From the NCBI GenBank assembly GCA_016744755.1, contig JADGDT010000006.1, forward strand, positions 2,066-66,065: 64,000 nt of DNA, written 5' to 3'. The DNA comes from Ichthyobacteriaceae bacterium (GTDB taxonomy: Bacteria > Bacteroidota > Bacteroidia > Flavobacteriales > JADGDT01). Of this stretch, positions 47,145 to 56,457 are shown one piece after another. The position numbers were made by a program, and so were the translations under genes. Under the pieces are notes generated by a model that worked only from the letters and a program-made list of their open reading frames with translations, had not been told where the DNA came from and searched no databases. The first letter of the stretch is position 1; each line of letters begins with the position of its first letter.

Positions 47145-47152
47145 CAAATTTA
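47145..47152 (-). promoter_or_regulatory. Candidate -7 promoter box (TAAATTTG on the minus strand) for pgk
   Basis: Exact TAnnTTTG match, but 96 nt upstream of the start codon, which is a long leader. Confidence 0.3.
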
Positions 47153-47211
47153 AGCTTAAAAATTTTTATACGGAAATATTAAGTGTGCTTTTTACACTTT
47201 ATCATATTATA

Positions 47212-47250
47212 CAAAAAAACTCCCTGATAAACAAAAGTTATGAGGGAGTT
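47212..47250 (-). terminator. Rho-independent terminator after the DUF3127-like gene
   Basis: On the minus strand, an AACTCCCT..AGGGAGTT stem followed by a T-run. Confidence 0.6.
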
Positions 47251-47276
47251 ATATATTTTTAGCTTTAAAGGTAATC

Positions 47277-47669
47277 CTAGAAAGGAAGATCGTCTTCTTT
47301 ACTTTCTCCACCTACAGTTGGAGCAGGAGGAGATTGAGGAGCCGCTGGTTGAGCATATCCTCCACCTTGAGGCTGACCTTGAGCAGCAGCTTGTTGATAT
47401 TGCTCCATTCTCCAACCCTGAATAGAGTTGAAATATTTTGTTACACCCTCTGGATTAACCCACTCACGTCCTCTAAGGTTTATAAAAACTCTTACTTCTG
47501 TACCAACTTGATACTGATCCAAAACATTTACATTATCTTGAACAAATTCTATCATTATCGATTGTGGATACTGATCGAATGTTTCAACAACTAATTCACG
47601 CTTTCTAAATCCGTTTGCTCCAAAAGTTTGAGTCTCTCCAATTACCTTAATTCTTCCTGTTACTTCCAT
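47277..47669 (-). CDS. DUF3127-like OB-fold protein with an SSB-style linker and acidic tip
   Basis: 130 aa. The N-terminal ~95 aa is beta-rich (MEVTGRIKVIGETQTF...VRVFINLRGREW). A Gln/Pro/Gly/Ala linker follows (QQAAAQGQPQGGGYAQPAAPQSPPAPTVGG), and the C-terminus is ESKEDDLPF. Confidence 0.7.
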   Translation of the reverse strand: MEVTGRIKVIGETQTFGANGFRKRELVVETFDQYPQSIMIEFVQDNVNVLDQYQVGTEVRVFINLRGREWVNPEGVTKYFNSIQGWRMEQYQQAAAQGQPQGGGYAQPAAPQSPPAPTVGGESKEDDLPF

Positions 47670-47972
47670 CTTACTTATTTCTTAATTTATTCTGAATCAA
47701 TTCTGTACTGCAAATGAATGGTTTTTATAAAGTAACTAACTGTTATACTGAATAATCGAGTTATCATTTACATCAATGCAAATATGCTTATAATTTCTTT
47801 TTATGCAATATTTTCTGACATTATTTTTTCCACAAAAATGTATTTAATGTTTATAACTCTAAATAATAATTCAATGTGAAAATTCGCTTTAGTAAAGGTA
47901 TAATCAAAACTAATAAAATGTTGTATATTGAAATTGATACTTCAAATACTTTTTTAGAAATAGCATTACCTA

Positions 47973-47980
47973 TATCTTTG
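47973..47980 (+). promoter_or_regulatory. -7 promoter box (TATCTTTG)
   Basis: Exact TAnnTTTG match 47 nt upstream of the GTG start at 48027. Confidence 0.4.
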
Positions 47981-48026
47981 CTAGTGCAAGTATTCATTTA
48001 CTTCTAATTTTAATAAAAAATACTAC

Positions 48027-49085
48027 GTGAAAAAAATTGGCTTTTTAGGGAAAGTATTCTATTTCTTGAATGTGATATTCGGAATATTACTACTTATCAG
48101 TTATTTTATACCATTTATTCAACCAGGAACTATTCCATTTATTGCAATAGTTAGTTTATTTATGCCTGTATTGATGGTGATAAATGCACTGTTTGTAATT
48201 TTTTGGATTTTCAAACTTAACATAAGGTTTCTTCTTTCGTTAATTATTCTTGCTCTTGGAATTAACAATATCGACAATTTTTTTAGGTGGTCTAACAGTC
48301 ATTATGTTGGCAGTAGCGACCTAAAGGTTATGACTTTTAATGTAAGGATGTTCGATGTTTTTGATTGGATAAAAGAACCTGGAACTACTAAAGGTATTTA
48401 CAATCTTATAAAATCGGAATCACCAGATGTAGTAGCTTTTCAAGAATATCATCCTATGAAAAATTTTGATATTGGAGAATATGAATTTAACTATTTTCAC
48501 TACCCGTCAACTCGAAAATATTGGGGACAAGCAATCTACTCTAAGTATCCAATTATTAACAAAGGAGAAGTAGATATTCTATCAAATGCAAACAGTGTAG
48601 TATATGTTGATTTGGATATTAGGGGTACTTATGTTAGAATATACAGTGTACATTTAGAAACTTTGAAACTCGATACAGAAGACTTAGAACTAAATAAAAC
48701 CTTTGATTTCTCTGACTCTAATAATAACATTAGTGGTAAAGTAAAATCACTGGTATCAAGGATTGATAAAGGTTTTGGAAGACATGGAAAGCAAGCAGAT
48801 ATGCTACGCGAACACATAAACGAATCACCATACCCTGTAATTGTTATGGGAGATTTTAACTCTAGTGCTTTCTCTTACGAATATAAAGAGATTAAAGGCA
48901 ACCTTGTTGATGCATTTGAAGTTGGAGGACAAGGATTTGGAAAAACTTTTGTATTCCCTTATTTCCCTTTGAGAATAGATTTTATTATGGGCGATCCAAA
49001 ATTCAGATTAGTTGAATTTAACACTCTAAACAAAAGAGAACTTTCTGATCATTACCCTGTAACAGCATCATACAAAATAAGATAA
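48027..49085 (+). CDS. Endonuclease/exonuclease/phosphatase (EEP) family protein with an N-terminal membrane anchor
   Basis: GTG start and three N-terminal TM helices. EEP motifs are present: VMTFNVR, VVAFQE, GDFNS and a C-terminal SDHYPV. Confidence 0.8.
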   Translation: MKKIGFLGKVFYFLNVIFGILLLISYFIPFIQPGTIPFIAIVSLFMPVLMVINALFVIFWIFKLNIRFLLSLIILALGINNIDNFFRWSNSHYVGSSDLKVMTFNVRMFDVFDWIKEPGTTKGIYNLIKSESPDVVAFQEYHPMKNFDIGEYEFNYFHYPSTRKYWGQAIYSKYPIINKGEVDILSNANSVVYVDLDIRGTYVRIYSVHLETLKLDTEDLELNKTFDFSDSNNNISGKVKSLVSRIDKGFGRHGKQADMLREHINESPYPVIVMGDFNSSAFSYEYKEIKGNLVDAFEVGGQGFGKTFVFPYFPLRIDFIMGDPKFRLVEFNTLNKRELSDHYPVTASYKIR

Positions 49086-49591
49086 TGAAAGGAGACAAAA
49101 TAATATTAAGAGCTTTAGAGCCCGAAGATTTAAACTTTCTGTATCTGATTGAAAACGATGTTGAAAACTGGAGTATCTCGGAAACTAAAATACCTTTTTC
49201 AAAATACTTATTACACGAATATCTAAAAAATACAGGGGAAGACATTACTAAATCTGGACAATTGAGATTAGTTGTACAAGATACAGAGACAAAAGACTCA
49301 TTGGGATTGATAGACCTTTTTGATTTTGATGCTATAAATCGCAGGTGTGGAGTTGGTATAATAATTACCAACAGAAATAGTGGAGCTGGAACAGAGGCTT
49401 TATCTCTACTTACAGAGTATTGCAAGAGTATTTTAAACCTTCATCAATTATACTGTGATATTCAGAGCGAGAACCAAGACAGTATTAGATTTTTCGAGAA
49501 TAATGGCTTTGTAAAAGCTGGAGTGAAAAAAGATTGGAGCTTGAAGTCCAACGTTTTTACTGATGTGTTCTTTTATCAGAAGATATTATAA
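49085..49591 (+). CDS. GNAT family N-acetyltransferase (RimJ/RimL/SpeG-like)
   Basis: 168 aa with LRALEPEDLNFLY and the RNSGAGTEAL acetyl-CoA loop. Its start overlaps the upstream stop (TAATG). Confidence 0.85.
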   Translation: MKGDKIILRALEPEDLNFLYLIENDVENWSISETKIPFSKYLLHEYLKNTGEDITKSGQLRLVVQDTETKDSLGLIDLFDFDAINRRCGVGIIITNRNSGAGTEALSLLTEYCKSILNLHQLYCDIQSENQDSIRFFENNGFVKAGVKKDWSLKSNVFTDVFFYQKIL

Positions 49592-49630
49592 AATTTATGA
49601 TAGTTGTAAGTGAAATTTGAGTAATAAAAA

Positions 49631-49667
49631 AACCTCAGATAGTATCTGAGGTTGTTTATTTTTTTTA
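49631..49667 (+). terminator. Rho-independent terminator
   Basis: AACCTCAGAT / ATCTGAGGTT stem followed by a T-rich run. Confidence 0.75.
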
Positions 49668-49735
49668 AGTGCACCACTAGTGCTAATGAATAATGGGACA
49701 CTATTGTGATGCAAATGTACAAATATTTTTTATGA

Positions 49736-50611
49736 TTACCTATCATAAGAATATCCTAATTTATTTTCTATGATATTTTTTATTACATCATTTCCTATAA
49801 ACTTATCAAATAATTCTATCAATTTTTCGTCTAATTCATTCTTTCTATTACTAGAAATATTATCCATTAAGTATAGTAATGCTTTAATTGCTGAATCTAA
49901 ACTATGGCTGTAATCATTATTAAATTTCACTTCAGGCACTCCACTTACACCTTCATCTATATGTAAATCAAATATCACTCCACTATGTGCACAACTGTTT
50001 CTTACAAAGACCAATGTGTCTAAGAAATTCTGAAGTTTATCAGGTTTCTTAATTGCATATTGTAAAGAAACTTCTTTTCTAACATCTTGGTCTATAATGT
50101 GTTCAAACACTTTCACAATTGAACCGAATGTATAATACTCAAAAGTTTTCCAACAAGGAGCATATCTATCATCTGGATATTTAGTGTGATGCTTGCTAAT
50201 TTGAATATTTTTCTTTTTGAAATTATTATTATAATGTGCTTTTATATTTTTTAAATATTCACTAGCCATTATTGCTACATCTGTGTACCAAATTGCATTA
50301 TCTTCATAATGCATAGAAACCCAATAAATAAGATTAGTTCTGAAATTTAATTCTAACCTATTTATATATTTAATCAATAAGTATCTTAAATCTACATCTA
50401 AATAGTAAAGGTCAATTACAGTTGAAAATTTAGTTCCTTTTTTAAAATTATGGTCAGTATCAATCTCAAATGGATGCCAATAAAAACCTAAACGATAGTA
50501 ACCAATATCTAACAGTATTTCTTTTATTTTATATTCTTCTAAGTCCAAATCCATACCTCTTTCACGAAGTTTTCTCATTTGGTATTCTATACTTGTTACT
50601 ATTCCTGCCAT
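49736..50611 (-). CDS. Abi_2 family (AbiD/AbiF-like) abortive-infection protein
   Basis: 291 aa. LLDIGYYRLGFYWHPFE, the helical core and FVRNSCAHSGVIFD match the Abi_2 (AbiD1-like) signature. Confidence 0.8.
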   Translation of the reverse strand: MAGIVTSIEYQMRKLRERGMDLDLEEYKIKEILLDIGYYRLGFYWHPFEIDTDHNFKKGTKFSTVIDLYYLDVDLRYLLIKYINRLELNFRTNLIYWVSMHYEDNAIWYTDVAIMASEYLKNIKAHYNNNFKKKNIQISKHHTKYPDDRYAPCWKTFEYYTFGSIVKVFEHIIDQDVRKEVSLQYAIKKPDKLQNFLDTLVFVRNSCAHSGVIFDLHIDEGVSGVPEVKFNNDYSHSLDSAIKALLYLMDNISSNRKNELDEKLIELFDKFIGNDVIKNIIENKLGYSYDR

Positions 50612-50635
50612 TAATTTAAAATATGTAATTATTAC

Positions 50636-51601
50636 CTATAGAGCAAAACTCAATAAAATATTAAGTACAACTACAAGTATAAAAATAGTTTTATACAACT
50701 CCTTTTTCTGATGCTGAACAAACTTAGCCCAGATTATTGAAATTGGCAGAAATAAAATTATCAGTTCTTGTCCATTATTAATTGACCCTACTAGTGTAAT
50801 TATTACTCCAACAAATAGAGCAAGATAAGTCATTGTATAACCTTTTCTTGTATCTAGCTTGTGGGAACTCTTATTTTTAGAGTAATCGAGAATAGAGAAG
50901 ATAGTTAACAGTGTAAATACTCCCCATACAACTAAAGTTTCTATTGATTCATGAAAGCTACTCTCGGTAATGTAGAACGTTTTAATAAAAAAGGTATCCC
51001 AATAATAATCTAGTTTATCAAACCAAAAGTGCCATGAAAACAGAACATAGTAGGGAACAACTATACCTAGAATTGGAATAAACCACTGTCGCCAACTATC
51101 GGCTCCATAGATTACTATTCCCAAGAATATAAGTACTACATACAAAATAGCATATGGATAAATTACGGAGGCAATTCCTAGCAACAGCCCAGTATTGAAG
51201 AGTTTTTGAGTCATCTCCTTATGTTCGTGCAAGCTCAAAAGATCTTTTAAAGCTAGAACAACAAAAAATACAGATGCCAATACGGGGTTTAAAATAGTTA
51301 AAGAAGGGTCTGATGCAACTAGCACAACAAAAAATAGTAGTGCGTAAGAATTCCCTCTAGTTATAGAATTATCATGAACAATAAAATTCACTAAAAAACC
51401 TAGTGCCAAGATTAAAAATACCGATAAGATTGCCTTAGTAAAATTACCGAAAAACTCAAAATATGAGTCTACTAAGTAGGTAGTTTGAAAGTCAATATCT
51501 GTAAAATATATGTAAACACCAGTAATTGATATTACCGTTAAAGTAACAAATAATACGAGAACAGTTATAGGTCGAGTGTTATCAAAAAATCGTGTAAACA
51601 T
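50636..51601 (-). CDS. Uncharacterised polytopic membrane protein
   Basis: 321 aa with about 9 hydrophobic segments and no catalytic motif that I recognise. Confidence 0.6.
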   Translation of the reverse strand: MFTRFFDNTRPITVLVLFVTLTVISITGVYIYFTDIDFQTTYLVDSYFEFFGNFTKAILSVFLILALGFLVNFIVHDNSITRGNSYALLFFVVLVASDPSLTILNPVLASVFFVVLALKDLLSLHEHKEMTQKLFNTGLLLGIASVIYPYAILYVVLIFLGIVIYGADSWRQWFIPILGIVVPYYVLFSWHFWFDKLDYYWDTFFIKTFYITESSFHESIETLVVWGVFTLLTIFSILDYSKNKSSHKLDTRKGYTMTYLALFVGVIITLVGSINNGQELIILFLPISIIWAKFVQHQKKELYKTIFILVVVLNILLSFAL

Positions 51602-51612
51602 TCTGTATCAGT

Positions 51613-52266
51613 TTAAAAGATATTATTAATAAGTGATAATATTTCCTCTTCGCTAATAAAGGCTTTCATTGAAAGTACTATTCCAAAAAACATCAATATT
51701 AAACCAATTATTTTTTTCACTTTATGTAGTAGCTCATCTGTAAGCTTCTTTTTAAATTCTTTAGCTAAAGCTATTTTTATAAGATCAATTACCAAATATG
51801 TAACTATAACCGTTCCGAAATAAACTGTTGTAGTTACAGGCTCAAAATTTAATTTATGACCAGCAATAACCATTGTTCCCAACCAAAAAATAAGAACACC
51901 AATATTAATTACATTCAAGAAAAAACCCTTTACAATCAAACCCAAAAAGTCTGTTTTTTTTATTGAAACACCTTCGTAATCTATGTGATCTTTTTTGATA
52001 ACACTACTCAAACCAAATACAAAAATAACAGCACCACCAATTAAAAAAAGTGAAGGTGTATCTTCTAAATCTTGTAGTAATTGTTTGCTAGAATAAAATG
52101 CAATTGCGATGTAAAAGATATCTGCCAAAATAACTCCTATATCAAGTATCAAAGCAGCTCTTGCTCCTTTGGTAATACTTGTTTGTATGAGTATAAAAAA
52201 TACCGGACCTACAAGTATGCTGAGTGTTAGTCCTAATGGTATTGCAAATAATATTATATCGAGCAT
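51613..52266 (-). CDS. LysE family amino-acid translocator
   Basis: 217 aa with 6 TM segments and the N-terminal LGLTLSILVGPVFFILIQTSITKG pattern typical of the LysE/RhtB family. Confidence 0.8.
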   Translation of the reverse strand: MLDIILFAIPLGLTLSILVGPVFFILIQTSITKGARAALILDIGVILADIFYIAIAFYSSKQLLQDLEDTPSLFLIGGAVIFVFGLSSVIKKDHIDYEGVSIKKTDFLGLIVKGFFLNVINIGVLIFWLGTMVIAGHKLNFEPVTTTVYFGTVIVTYLVIDLIKIALAKEFKKKLTDELLHKVKKIIGLILMFFGIVLSMKAFISEEEILSLINNIF

Positions 52267-52286
52267 GAAATCAGTTTAATTGTTTT

Positions 52287-52333
52287 ACTTTGGCTACGCT
52301 CAGTAACCATAACTTCGGCTACGCTCAGTAATC
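52287..52333. repeat. Tandem direct repeat, two 22-nt units
   Basis: ACTTTGGCTACGCTCAGTAACC (52287-52308) and ACTTCGGCTACGCTCAGTAATC (52312-52333). The period is 25 nt, with 20 of 22 positions identical. Confidence 0.8.
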
Positions 52334-52402
52334 TTAGATAAGTAACCTATATATTTTAATAACTCTAGTCCATCATAAGCACTAGAGAACTCACAAACTC
52401 TT

Positions 52403-54058
52403 TTACACTTTCAGCAACTCCATAGCGTGTACTTTTGCCGATTCGGTGATGTTACTACCGCTCAACATTTTTGCTAGTTCATCTATTCTTTCGTCATTGC
52501 TTAGGCTTATCATTTCGGTTTGTGTTTCCCCGTTTTTATCGTGTTTGTAAACCTTGTAATGCAGATTACCTCTACCTGCAATTTGCGGTAAGTGAGTAAT
52601 AGCAACAACCTGCATTCTGCCAGCCATCAAAGTCATAATATTTCCAATTTTATCTGCAATTTCTCCTGATACACCAGTATCGATCTCATCGAAAATAATT
52701 GTTGGTAGATTTTTCTTTTCCGATAAAATAGTTTTTACAGCAAGCATTACTCGCGATAATTCGCCACCCGATGCAACTTTTCCTATTTCGTCCATCTTAC
52801 CTCCTTTGTTTGCCGATAGTTTAAACTGAATTGTATCAGATCCATCTTTCAATAATTTATCAGATTTCAATAAATCTATTCCTAGTTCGGCGTTAGGCAT
52901 TCCAAGTTCAGTAAGAATATTAGAAACTTGTTTACAGACTTCTTTTATTTTATTTTCTCTACGTTTGTGTAGTTTATCGGCAATGGTATTTACCTTTTCA
53001 AAAGCTTTTTGTTTTTCTGAATTTAATTTTTCTAATTCAGCATCTAAATTTTCTACAGATTCTACTTCTTCTTGTAACTGTTTTTGTATAGCCAGAAGTT
53101 GTTTAATATCGTTTGTATTATGCTTTTTCTCTAGGTTGTAAATTAGTTGAAGTCTATCGTTTATCTTGTCAATTAGCGCAGGATCATATTCAGTTTCCTC
53201 TGCTAAATTTTCAATTTCCGATGAAAGGTCGTTACTCTCTATCAACAAACTTTCTATACGCTCCAAAAAGCTATCAATATTTTTTGATATTCCACTTAAC
53301 GAACTTAGTGAAGAACGCAAATTAACCAAAGAGGAAATAACTCCCATATGATCTCCATTCATTACTCCTACAGCAGTTGACAATCCTGATTTAATATCCT
53401 CTGCATGGGTAAGAGATTCCAGATTTTCTTCTATTTCTTCTTTTTCTCCTTCTTGTAATTTAGCTTCTACAAACTCATTAAGTAAAAATGAATTGTAATC
53501 GAAGGCTTTAATTAATTCTGCTTGTTCAGATTGAAGTTTATCGTAGTTTTTACTCGCTTTCCTAAAAATCTTTAAATCCGACTTATACTTATCCAATAAA
53601 CTTGAATTATCTGCAACAGCATCTAAAACAGTCATTTGAAAATTGGTATCGGCAAGTTTTAAGGTTTGATGTTGCGAGTGAATATCTACTAAATTTTCGC
53701 CTAAATTTTGTAGAGTATCAAGACGCACAGGTACATCGTTTACAAAAGCTCTAGATTTACCCGATGGATAAATTTCTCTTCGGATAATTGTGTTTTCATC
53801 GTAATCTAAATCGTTCTCTTCAAAAAAATTATGTAATTTATAAGTAGTTATATCAAAATATCCCTCTATTACACATTTTCTTTCAACGCTACGCAAACTC
53901 TTACTGTCGGCTCTCTGACCTAAAATCAAACCTAATGCTCCTAAAATTATTGATTTACCAGCCCCTGTTTCTCCAGTAATTATCGATAACCCATTTTCGA
54001 ATTTAACATTCAAATTATCAATTAGAGCAAAATTATCTATGGTTAAACTTTTAATCAT
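52403..54058 (-). CDS. recN: DNA repair protein RecN
   Basis: 551 aa with the N-terminal Walker A ITGETGAGKSI, a long coiled coil, the C-terminal signature ASGGELSRVMLA and Walker B IIFDEIDTGVSG. Confidence 0.95.
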   Translation of the reverse strand: MIKSLTIDNFALIDNLNVKFENGLSIITGETGAGKSIILGALGLILGQRADSKSLRSVERKCVIEGYFDITTYKLHNFFEENDLDYDENTIIRREIYPSGKSRAFVNDVPVRLDTLQNLGENLVDIHSQHQTLKLADTNFQMTVLDAVADNSSLLDKYKSDLKIFRKASKNYDKLQSEQAELIKAFDYNSFLLNEFVEAKLQEGEKEEIEENLESLTHAEDIKSGLSTAVGVMNGDHMGVISSLVNLRSSLSSLSGISKNIDSFLERIESLLIESNDLSSEIENLAEETEYDPALIDKINDRLQLIYNLEKKHNTNDIKQLLAIQKQLQEEVESVENLDAELEKLNSEKQKAFEKVNTIADKLHKRRENKIKEVCKQVSNILTELGMPNAELGIDLLKSDKLLKDGSDTIQFKLSANKGGKMDEIGKVASGGELSRVMLAVKTILSEKKNLPTIIFDEIDTGVSGEIADKIGNIMTLMAGRMQVVAITHLPQIAGRGNLHYKVYKHDKNGETQTEMISLSNDERIDELAKMLSGSNITESAKVHAMELLKV

Positions 54059-54323
54059 TTTTGTAGATGGTGATTTTAATTATTTATTTTAATCTAAGTT
54101 GGGTAAAGGTATTATTCTTGTAATAATAATGCAATTAAATGAAAAGGTTCTATGTTATATATAATGTGTAGTTAAAATATGACTTTACATTAATCTTTGA
54201 GGCAACCTCTTCTCAACTAACTGATATTAGTTTATTCTAGTTATTGAAAATATATAATGAAAATGTTGGATAATAATTTTCATTTATTACTTTCGTTATA
54301 TATTAACTTAAAAAATATAAGCT

Positions 54324-54797
54324 ATGAAAATTTTAAAGAAAATTATTCTTTTACTTGCTGTTACATCTACAGTAGTTTCTTGTTCTAAAGACGATGATAT
54401 TGAAAGTGTTTCTGGTAATAAATATGAAACTACCTATGCCAAAGTTGTAGCTTCATATAATGACATTGAGCATACAGAAGAGTTTAAAACCGTTGCAGAT
54501 CTTAAAGAGAACGAACTTTACTTGAAAGTTGATTTCAGAGATGATAATACTTTTTGGGTATACGAAGATGTTTCATACGAAGGAGATGAAGTTTATGAAT
54601 GGATACCAGTAGGTACATGGTCTCAGAATGATTCAAAAATCACTGTAACTATTGAAGACGATGAGTCTTTAGAGATGACGGTTGATGGCAGTAAACTGAT
54701 AATGATTATAGATGTTGATGAAGTAATGTCTAAGAATCTTGGTGTAGATGAAGAGGTGCTTAAAGGCACAATAGAGTGGCACTTTAGCAAAATATAA
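54324..54797 (+). CDS. Hypothetical lipoprotein (lipocalin-size)
   Basis: Lipobox LAVTSTVVSC. 157 aa. Confidence 0.6.
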   Translation: MKILKKIILLLAVTSTVVSCSKDDDIESVSGNKYETTYAKVVASYNDIEHTEEFKTVADLKENELYLKVDFRDDNTFWVYEDVSYEGDEVYEWIPVGTWSQNDSKITVTIEDDESLEMTVDGSKLIMIIDVDEVMSKNLGVDEEVLKGTIEWHFSKI

Positions 54798-54838
54798 GTT
54801 TACATATATTTTATTATAAATAGACCAAGTATTGTTAG

Positions 54839-55573
54839 TTATAACAACATTTGGTCTATTATTTTTGTCATCACTTCAGTAGCTTTCCCTTGCAAAAAAA
54901 CATCTGTAATCGTATTAGTATAAGCCGATTCATTGGTGTTTATCTCAATTATTTTTGCTCCCATTTCTTTTGCCATATAGGGCAGAGTAGATGCAGGTAC
55001 AATTTCACCCGTTGTACCAATAACAAGCATTACTTCGCAATTTCTAGCTGCCTCGAGTGATTTTTCGTAAGCATTTTCTGGAATACCTTCTCCAAAGAAA
55101 ATAAAATCTGGTTTTAGCAATCCTCCACATTTATTGCATTTAGGAGGAGTTTCTGTTAAAACCTTATTAGTTACTTGTTCTACATTACCACACTCAAAAC
55201 ATACAAGTTGACGACAATTACCGTGATACTCAAAAACTGTTTTACTTCCAGCTTCTTGATGCAAACTGTCAATATTTTGAGTGATGATAGATTTCAATAA
55301 GCCATTACGCTCAAGCTCAGCAAGACTATAATGAGCTTTATTAGCATGAGCTTCTCCAAAAAAATCAAAAAACAATTCTTTAATTACTGGCCAACTTTTA
55401 CTTGGATTTGAATGGTATGTCTGTAAATCTAAAATATTGGGATCGTATTTATTCCACAAACCACCTTCTCCTCTAAAAGGAGGAATACCACTTTCTACTG
55501 AAATTCCTGCACCAGTAAATGCAATAGTGTATTTAGATGTTTTTAAAAGTTTAACTGCTTCTTCAATGTTCAT
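54839..55573 (-). CDS. Sir2 family NAD-dependent protein deacylase (canonical Zn-ribbon form)
   Basis: GAGISVESGIPPFRG, TQNIDSLHQEAGS and the catalytic YHGN. The Zn module is C-x2-C ... C-x2-C (CFECG ... CNKCGG). Confidence 0.9.
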   Translation of the reverse strand: MNIEEAVKLLKTSKYTIAFTGAGISVESGIPPFRGEGGLWNKYDPNILDLQTYHSNPSKSWPVIKELFFDFFGEAHANKAHYSLAELERNGLLKSIITQNIDSLHQEAGSKTVFEYHGNCRQLVCFECGNVEQVTNKVLTETPPKCNKCGGLLKPDFIFFGEGIPENAYEKSLEAARNCEVMLVIGTTGEIVPASTLPYMAKEMGAKIIEINTNESAYTNTITDVFLQGKATEVMTKIIDQMLL

Positions 55574-56097
55574 CTTTCAAAATTTAATTTTTCTATTTTA
55601 TACCAATTATATGATTCTCCGTCACCTATATACTCATCAACTTTATAGAACACTAATCCTGATTTTTCTAATACTTTACAAGAACCTATATTTTCTGGTT
55701 CAGCAATACCAAATATTCTGTTCAATCCTAAATTATCAAAGCCATATTTAAGTATTTCTCTACCAATTTCTGTCATCAATCCTTTACCCCAATATTCTGG
55801 CAAAATCCTGTAACCTAAGTCTGTTTCATCAAGTTCTGGTAAATATTTTAATCCAGCAAATCCAATAAGCTTATTATCTGGTTTATAGATTACTGCCCAT
55901 CTACCATATCCGTATTTTTTATAATCCTCAAACCACACATCTGTTATTGTTTTTTTTGCTTGTTCGTATGATTCTAAAATTACATCACCCGTATATTTTT
56001 GAACTTCAGGATTTGAATTAAATTCAAAAACAGCCTCAAAATCACTTTCTATAAACTCTCTTAGAATTATTCTCTCAGTTTCAATTATAGGATTCAT
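55570..56097 (-). CDS. GNAT family N-acetyltransferase (RimJ/RimL-like)
   Basis: 175 aa with LREFIESDFEAVFEF and YWGKGLMTEIGREIL. Its stop overlaps the sirtuin start (ATGA, 4-nt overlap). Confidence 0.85.
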   Translation of the reverse strand: MNPIIETERIILREFIESDFEAVFEFNSNPEVQKYTGDVILESYEQAKKTITDVWFEDYKKYGYGRWAVIYKPDNKLIGFAGLKYLPELDETDLGYRILPEYWGKGLMTEIGREILKYGFDNLGLNRIFGIAEPENIGSCKVLEKSGLVFYKVDEYIGDGESYNWYKIEKLNFER

Positions 56098-56130
56098 TTT
56101 TTAATGTTAAAAATTATACGCTAATATATT

Positions 56131-56138
56131 TATATTTG
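56131..56138 (+). promoter_or_regulatory. -7 promoter box (TATATTTG)
   Basis: Exact TAnnTTTG match 18 nt upstream of the ATG at 56156. Confidence 0.45.
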
Positions 56139-56155
56139 CCTCAAAATAATAACTT

Positions 56156-56434
56156 ATGACAACCAAAACATCTTTCGGAACACTAGAAATTTTACTTGAA
56201 AAAGAAGGAAAGATTATTTCTGAGTTCTTAACTTTCGAAAAAGAAGGTCGTGGGCACATACACCAACAATGGGAAATATGTTATGTGCTCGATGGAAAAG
56301 GTGTAATTGTAAATGGCAACAAAAGGGTAGAAGTAAAAAAAGGTGATGTTTGCAAAATACCCCCAAATACAAATCATTGGATGATACCTGACGTGAACTT
56401 GGAGATTCTGATAGTTTACTCTGATAATATCTAG
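56156..56434 (+). CDS. Small single-domain cupin
   Basis: 92 aa with cupin motif 1 GRGHIHQQWEICYVLDGKG and motif 2 GDVCKIPPNTNHWM. Confidence 0.65.
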   Translation: MTTKTSFGTLEILLEKEGKIISEFLTFEKEGRGHIHQQWEICYVLDGKGVIVNGNKRVEVKKGDVCKIPPNTNHWMIPDVNLEILIVYSDNI

Positions 56435-56457
56435 TACTCCAAATTAAACAGACAAAA

